Sequence record: PP526765
Reading direction: 5' to 3' (one strand)
Length of the DNA: 64,000 nucleotides
From: Escherichia phage HK3
The notes under the pieces were generated by a model. That model had not been told where the DNA came from. It saw only the letters and a list, made by a program, of their open reading frames with translations, and searched no databases. Position 1 is the stretch's first letter; every line of letters starts with the position of its first letter. Below are positions 63,594-64,000 of the stretch, piece after piece. The translations under genes were made by a program, and so were the position numbers.

Positions 63594-63929
63594 ATGGACT
63601 TGTGGCTTTATGTAGCAGTTTGTGGGATTGTATGTCTGATAATCTTATTTATTCTTGGAATAATGAGATTTAGAGACATCATACAGTCAGATTTTTTGCC
63701 TGAGTTTGCCATGATAGTTGGGGTTATTACACTTTGTGTCTTGGCGGTGTTCTATTCATACAAAACTGTGATATGGATGGAGGCAAACAATTGTGTAAAA
63801 ACTCATCAACATCGTGAAGTTACTTATTTTGTGAGTGTACTTAGTGGGAACACCACTATACTTGTCCCACAAACTTCTGTAGAGTATCTTTACACATGTG
63901 ATAATGGTAAAACTATATGGTGGAATTAA
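63594..63929 (+). CDS. small membrane protein
   Basis: ATG 63594 with GGAG RBS; two hydrophobic helices. Confidence 0.4.
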   Translation: MDLWLYVAVCGIVCLIILFILGIMRFRDIIQSDFLPEFAMIVGVITLCVLAVFYSYKTVIWMEANNCVKTHQHREVTYFVSVLSGNTTILVPQTSVEYLYTCDNGKTIWWN

Positions 63930-64000
63930 CAATGACAACACTCTTAAGGGTATTAGCACCCATACTACACATAGCAATCTTCTTCTTTGGAGTTAGTGTT

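Overview
This 64 kb window reads as a segment of a virulent tailed phage with a contractile tail, at about 39% GC, with overall content reminiscent of Felix O1-like myoviruses (tentative). Everything here is from manual reading of the sequence and ORF track; no database search or tRNA/RNA software was run, so tRNA folds and motif coordinates may be off by a few nucleotides. Layout: (1) 1-6240, a leftward block of small unknown genes plus a GH24 endolysin; (2) 6300-8340, two rightward genes including a vWA-domain protein with Ro60-like architecture; (3) 8498-13500, a dense array of about 25 tRNA genes interleaved with conserved non-tRNA RNA-like elements; (4) 13720-37620, the structural module (large terminase, portal, S49 protease/scaffold, decoration-like protein, major capsid, sheath, tube, frameshifted chaperone pair, tape measure, baseplate, two tail fibers); (5) 37656-48203, a leftward nucleotide-metabolism and replication block (thymidylate synthase, DHFR, HTH regulator, DNA ligase, family A DNA polymerase split by an HNH endonuclease insertion); (6) 48462-64000, a rightward replication block (dNMP kinase, primase-helicase, SSB-like, 5'-3' exonuclease, GIY-YIG ORF, NrdA, NrdB, glutaredoxin, NrdD). 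The most interesting candidate is a Ro60/Y-RNA-like module: the vWA protein gene next to a family of four inter-tRNA elements sharing a covarying terminal helix, one of which encloses a circularly permuted tRNA-like domain. Other notable items are repeat arrays bracketing a two-gene cassette, the interrupted DNA polymerase, and several atypical tRNAs.
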